Source: Clostridia bacterium (GTDB taxonomy: Bacteria; Bacillota; Clostridia; Christensenellales; UBA1242). From it: 64,000 bases of DNA. Every line of letters starts with the position of its first letter. The first letter of the stretch is position 1. Under the pieces are notes generated by a model, which had not been told where the DNA came from, did not search any database, and saw only the letters and a program-made list of their open reading frames with translations. Location of the stretch: positions 8,693 through 72,692 of the forward strand of contig JAFTKS010000013.1 of assembly GCA_017453125.1 (NCBI GenBank), given 5' to 3'. The translations under genes were made by a program, and so were the position numbers. Positions 59,672 to 64,000 of this stretch are shown piece after piece.

Positions 59672-61513
59672 ATGGCAAGAAGAAAAAGAAAAAGAATTGC
59701 GTCAAGAGGCTCTGTTAATAACATAATCTTAAAAACTCTAACTACTGGCGATAAATATGGTTATGAAATTATTAAGGAAGTTGAGAAATTTTCTGACGGC
59801 AAAATAGTTTTGAAACAACCTAGTCTATATAGTAGTCTATCGAGGTTTGAAGAGAAAAAATTTGTTTCTTCGTATTGGGGAGATAGCGATATTGGTGGTA
59901 GAAGACACTATTACCATTTAACAGACGAAGGAATGTCTTATTACAAAAGAGTTGTTTTGAAAGAAGGTCTTGATGATGAAGAAGATATTGAAGATTACAT
60001 CGATGAAATAACTTCTGATAATACAACTTTATCTGAAGATAATCAACCATTAGATTCTCAGATGATAGATGAAGAATCTGAAGAAGAATACATCGAATCT
60101 AATGAAACTAATGAATCTGACAATATTATTACCGAGATAAGTGAGGACGAAATCCCTGCTATTGCTAATTTTGAAATCACAAAAAATGAAGATACTCAGG
60201 AAATCATTCCCGACCATCAATTTCATCAAATTACTCCAATGGAAAATATTATTCAAGAATCAGAGTCACAATTCTCAGACAATCATACTTCTGGCAATCT
60301 AGATAAATGTGACACAGATATTGAAAGTCAAAATCCTACTCCTTGGCTAGACCTTGCAGATAATGCTAAGGAATCAAATAAGAAAATTGCAAATTCCAAA
60401 TTCAAAGTACTCTATCTCAAAAAACCTAAGAAAATACAAAAAGTTGTTTTAGATAGAGATGGTATATACAAACTTAGAGATGAAGATTATATAGAAACTA
60501 ATACAAACAAAAAACCAGTTATCATTGATAATGTAATAAAAAGAACCGATGAGTCTACATTCTTTGGGTACAATTCTCCTTATGCCAAGAAAGAGAATAA
60601 AAAAGAAAAATTCGTCGAGTTATCTGAAGAAGAAAAAAGACAAAAGAATGAAAATTTCCTTGCAAAATTCAATCTTTTGACAAACTCAAAAATGAAACCA
60701 GTTTCAACCCCTATTCCAGAAAAGAAGATTGAAAAACAACCTGAAGAAAAGCCAATTGATTACAGAAGTAAATTAGACAAAATCATTCAAAATAATTCAA
60801 TTATTGAAACAGAACCAGAAATTGAGGAAGAAATAATTGAAGAAAACAACCTATTTAATTATGAAGGCCAAGAAGAATGGAATCAAAGCTCATCTATAAT
60901 CTCACATAATAATGAGTTTGAAGAAGACAATAGCGCAATTGACTTGGAGCCTGTTCAAGAATTTGAAACCAAAACTAATGATTCTCAGTATATAGAAGAA
61001 ATTAATAATTACCCTACATCAAATAGTGTCAAACTAAATAGATACGAGCATAAATCTCAAGCAGTATTAATGGATAAATCGTTCGTTCTTATAAACAAAT
61101 TAAGATTTGTTTTTGGAATTATTATGACTCTTATTATGATTGCTGAAGTAACAATTAGTTTATTTGCATTCAAAAACAACAACTTGATTGTTAATGGGGA
61201 CAAAACTATGTTTATTTGTGCATATTGTGCTATAGGAGTATTTGCACTTGCTTACATATTACCTTTCTGTATCAATTCAAATCAACATAAACAGAACAAC
61301 TTCAAATTCAAATATTCAATTTGGTTTGGTGTGCTTACTTTCTTAATTTGTTCAATTCTTGTGTATTGTATAAATGCTCTTTGCGGTTTTGAAATTGAAA
61401 ATTTACGTTTCTTTGCTGTTAAATTATTTGTTCCTATTATACTACTTATCAATTTCATTATTGGACCAATAATATATTTGTTGCTCCACAAAAGACAAAT
61501 GTTTTACGACTGA
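59672..61513 (+). CDS. Membrane-anchored PadR-family transcriptional regulator (wHTH, long acidic linker, 4 TM)
   Basis: PadR wHTH motifs YGYEIIKEV, LKQPSLYSSLSRFEEKKFV and RRHYYHLTDEG. About 350 aa of Asp/Glu/Asn-rich linker. Four C-terminal hydrophobic helices. Confidence 0.8.
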   Translation: MARRKRKRIASRGSVNNIILKTLTTGDKYGYEIIKEVEKFSDGKIVLKQPSLYSSLSRFEEKKFVSSYWGDSDIGGRRHYYHLTDEGMSYYKRVVLKEGLDDEEDIEDYIDEITSDNTTLSEDNQPLDSQMIDEESEEEYIESNETNESDNIITEISEDEIPAIANFEITKNEDTQEIIPDHQFHQITPMENIIQESESQFSDNHTSGNLDKCDTDIESQNPTPWLDLADNAKESNKKIANSKFKVLYLKKPKKIQKVVLDRDGIYKLRDEDYIETNTNKKPVIIDNVIKRTDESTFFGYNSPYAKKENKKEKFVELSEEEKRQKNENFLAKFNLLTNSKMKPVSTPIPEKKIEKQPEEKPIDYRSKLDKIIQNNSIIETEPEIEEEIIEENNLFNYEGQEEWNQSSSIISHNNEFEEDNSAIDLEPVQEFETKTNDSQYIEEINNYPTSNSVKLNRYEHKSQAVLMDKSFVLINKLRFVFGIIMTLIMIAEVTISLFAFKNNNLIVNGDKTMFICAYCAIGVFALAYILPFCINSNQHKQNNFKFKYSIWFGVLTFLICSILVYCINALCGFEIENLRFFAVKLFVPIILLINFIIGPIIYLLLHKRQMFYD

Positions 61514-61522
61514 AATTCAAGA

Positions 61523-62413
61523 TTAGTTTTTTGAGCTCTTATTGGATTTATGGAATATTTTTGATATTATAAATTCTTGTAATTGATCTTGCCATCTATA
61601 TATTATATATACAAATGCAACTGCAACTAGAAGAATTGCTCCCCATGCATATAATCCCCACCCGTTAAAAGGAATTATATGCCCACCTCCGAATATGGCC
61701 ATAAACACAACACCTATTGGTCGGGTAATTAGAGTAACCCAAAAGAAAACACTAGTTTTCATTTGGGTTATTCCAGCTATAAAGCAGAGAATATCATCTG
61801 GAAACATAGGTAAAAGAAAAGCAAGAGCTAGAAAAACAAAACCCCTATTTTGAATAATCTCTGAGTATTTATCAGTATTATCTTTTCCAACAATCCAAGC
61901 AACCAATTTGTAACCAAAAATCTTACCTAAAAAGTATGAAATATATGAGCCACCAAGAACACCTATACAACAATAAATACTTCCCAAAATTGGTCCATAT
62001 ATCAAACTACCTACAATACAAATTATAGACGCTGGAATTGGTAAGAAAACAACTTGAAGAAGTTGAATCAAAATATAAACAAAAACCCCCTTCTCTTTTG
62101 TTGACAATATATAATTCTTAAGTCCATTTATGGAAGAAAACATACTTATAATATTTAATTTTAAAAGAACTAAGTATGCAATTACTATTATATTCAACAA
62201 ATAGAATACAGAAATAAACAACTTATATAGAAGTTTTTTATCATATATTTTAAATAAGATAGATAAAACAAATAAAATATGTGGTAAAAATATTAATATG
62301 TACTTTGTAAGATTGCCAACCATATTTGATTGTGCATTCAAAAGCAATGCATTTTCAAGTAAAATTAATAAAATACCTACAATATAAAATAAACAACGTT
62401 TAAAAAGTTTCAT
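61523..62413 (-). CDS. TVP38/TMEM64 (DedA-related) family membrane protein
   Basis: Polytopic membrane protein with motif PMFPDDILCFIAGIT. Confidence 0.8.
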   Translation of the reverse strand: MKLFKRCLFYIVGILLILLENALLLNAQSNMVGNLTKYILIFLPHILFVLSILFKIYDKKLLYKLFISVFYLLNIIVIAYLVLLKLNIISMFSSINGLKNYILSTKEKGVFVYILIQLLQVVFLPIPASIICIVGSLIYGPILGSIYCCIGVLGGSYISYFLGKIFGYKLVAWIVGKDNTDKYSEIIQNRGFVFLALAFLLPMFPDDILCFIAGITQMKTSVFFWVTLITRPIGVVFMAIFGGGHIIPFNGWGLYAWGAILLVAVAFVYIIYRWQDQLQEFIISKIFHKSNKSSKN

Positions 62414-62590
62414 ACTACACCTGTTTTACTAATTTATATTTTTATTACTATCGTTTCATAATGATAAAAATAAATAATATTTCAGATCAGTTTTGTTAAT
62501 CAAATATTACTAACTAAAATACTATCTCACTACTATAATTAATTTTATTAAAGAAAATAAATAATTAGTACTATTTTTAAAGGAGAATGA

Positions 62591-63529
62591 ATGGAAAAAG
62601 TTATTCTTGATGTATCTAATGTTACTAAAACATTTGGAAATAGAGTGGCTGTGAATAATGTCTCTTTCACTATAAAAGAAGGAGAAATATTCGGTTTTTT
62701 GGGTCCAAATGGTGCTGGAAAAACAACTACAATGAAAATGATTTGTGGTCTTACCAGTATTACAAAAGGTCAAATTAGAATTTGTAATTATGATATGCCA
62801 AAAGATTCCGAAAAAGCACTTCAATTTGTTGGAGCTCTCATTGAAAATCCCCTAATGTATCCAAATATGACAGGTCTAGACAATTTGAAATATTACGCTA
62901 GTCTATACAAAAACATTAGCAAAGATGATATCATTAAATACGCTAGAGTTGTTGGTCTAGAACAAAGACTAAAAGACAAACTCAAGACTTATTCCTTAGG
63001 TATGAAACAAAGACTCGGTATTGCCCAAGCACTACTTCATTCACCTAAACTCCTTGTTCTTGACGAGCCTTTGAGCGGACTTGACCCCAATGGTGTCAAA
63101 GAAATGAGAGACTTTTTAAAAACTCTTGCTAGAGAATATAAAATAGCAATTCTAATTTCTAGCCATATGCTTTCAGATATGGAACAAATTTGCGATACTA
63201 TTGGCATTATCAATAACGGACAACTCCTAGAAATACGTTCAATTACAAGCCTTAGAGAAAGTATTGAAGGTGCAAAACGAATTCAAATCAGAGTAGATTA
63301 TCCAAACTTTGCAGGTAAAATATTAGTTAATGAACTTCAAATCAAAGCAGATATAGCTGGCAATAGAGTTCTTGCCTATACCACAGAGGATAAAATTACA
63401 GAAATAACACAACGCCTTCTAAATTATGGTATTTCAATATTTGGTATAGAGATAGTTTCAAAATCTCTTGAACAAATTTTCCTTGAAATAATTAATAATA
63501 AAACTAGAGGAAAAACTAATATAGTTTAA
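62591..63529 (+). CDS. ABC transporter ATP-binding protein (ABC-2/bacitracin-type exporter)
   Basis: Walker A GPNGAGKTT, signature-like YSLGMKQRL, Walker B LLVLDEP. AAAGGAG RBS. Confidence 0.93.
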   Translation: MEKVILDVSNVTKTFGNRVAVNNVSFTIKEGEIFGFLGPNGAGKTTTMKMICGLTSITKGQIRICNYDMPKDSEKALQFVGALIENPLMYPNMTGLDNLKYYASLYKNISKDDIIKYARVVGLEQRLKDKLKTYSLGMKQRLGIAQALLHSPKLLVLDEPLSGLDPNGVKEMRDFLKTLAREYKIAILISSHMLSDMEQICDTIGIINNGQLLEIRSITSLRESIEGAKRIQIRVDYPNFAGKILVNELQIKADIAGNRVLAYTTEDKITEITQRLLNYGISIFGIEIVSKSLEQIFLEIINNKTRGKTNIV

Positions 63530-63567
63530 AAATTTACTTGATTAAATTTTAAGTAAAAGGAGAAAAA

Positions 63568-64000
63568 ATGACAAGTACTTTTAAATTAACAGGTACAGAA
63601 TTCAAAAAGATATTTAAACGCCCTAGTATATTTATAATGGCAATAATACTTGTTGTCACAATTTTTGTGTCAATTTCAATTTTTAACCCCTCTGTTTTGC
63701 CTTCAACAACAGTTAATTATGAAAACCTAACTAATTCTACTCAATATTATTCCACTTTCTTAGACCCATTATCAGCCGACTCAAAGATTGAATATGATAA
63801 TAGAATTGCTAAAACAAATGAAACTTTGCAGTATTACATTGCTTTAAACACAAATAAAACTATTCTATTTGACGATTATACAAATGTTATCAATATTCTT
63901 GATAAAATGAACAAGGAATCAAGTTTGACAGTAAAAGAAACTTATAGGCAAAGTTTAAATACTGCTTTGATTGAATTCAGAGATGATTATCTTAATCTTG
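63568..64000 (+). CDS. Putative ABC-2-type permease partner (3' end outside the window)
   Basis: AAAGGAG RBS before ATG 63568. Frame is open to the window end. Begins MTSTFKLTGTEFKKIFKRPSIFIMAIILVVTIF (TM1), then a large extracytoplasmic loop, as in ABC-2 permeases. Confidence 0.6.
   Translation, partial: MTSTFKLTGTEFKKIFKRPSIFIMAIILVVTIFVSISIFNPSVLPSTTVNYENLTNSTQYYSTFLDPLSADSKIEYDNRIAKTNETLQYYIALNTNKTILFDDYTNVINILDKMNKESSLTVKETYRQSLNTALIEFRDDYLNL

Noticed and set aside
62522-62824. A 100-aa minus-strand ORF overlapping the ABC ATPase start, and a 63-aa ORF at 57004-57195.
   Set aside because: Both overlap better-supported genes or promoter regions and have no RBS. Their composition is Cys/Phe/Ile-rich, typical of antisense noise.

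Overview
AT-rich chromosome segment using the standard code (TAA, TAG and TGA all terminate clear genes). It comes from an endospore-forming Firmicute, with gene order strongly reminiscent of Bacillus and Clostridium core clusters. Nt 1-55,200 are almost uninterrupted plus-strand housekeeping and sporulation genes. In order: infB-rbfA-truB; an Endo IV-like gene; a complete spoIIIAA-AH operon; asp23-nusB-xseA-xseB-proS; argR-recN-spoIVB; L20 leader-infC-rpmI-rplT; a TrmH-family methyltransferase; yebC; ruvCAB-queA-DUF1653-tgt-yajC; a small membrane protein; secD-secF-recJ-relA-hemZ; two orphan small genes; rpsO-pnp-YlxY-like deacetylase-ftsK/spoIIIE-rimO-pgsA-cinA-like-recA; a class A PBP on the minus strand; and miaB-mutS-mutL-miaA. 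From lexA (55.2 kb) to the window end, orientation becomes mixed and content accessory. This part holds a tyrosine recombinase interrupted by one in-frame TAA, an orphan nucleotidyltransferase-like ORF, about 650 bp of non-coding DNA with direct repeats and an orphan terminator, a DUF45/M48 metallopeptidase divergent from a 613-aa membrane-anchored PadR-like protein, a TVP38 membrane protein, and an ABC exporter. I found no rRNA, tRNA, CRISPR array or transposase. Cis-elements readable from the sequence are: an L20 leader with an ATT-initiated infC; a shared LexA operator (AAAC/GAAC-AAAT-GTTT) at recA, lexA and ruvC; a phased ARG-box array plus a structured leader in front of argR; and many intrinsic terminators. 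I did not find a recognisable multi-gene defence, secretion or biosynthetic system. The best candidates for something undescribed are the 55.9-62.4 kb patch, the hydrolase-dead RelA, and the argR and spoIVB leader architectures. All family assignments are by eye from motifs and synteny; no database search was run.
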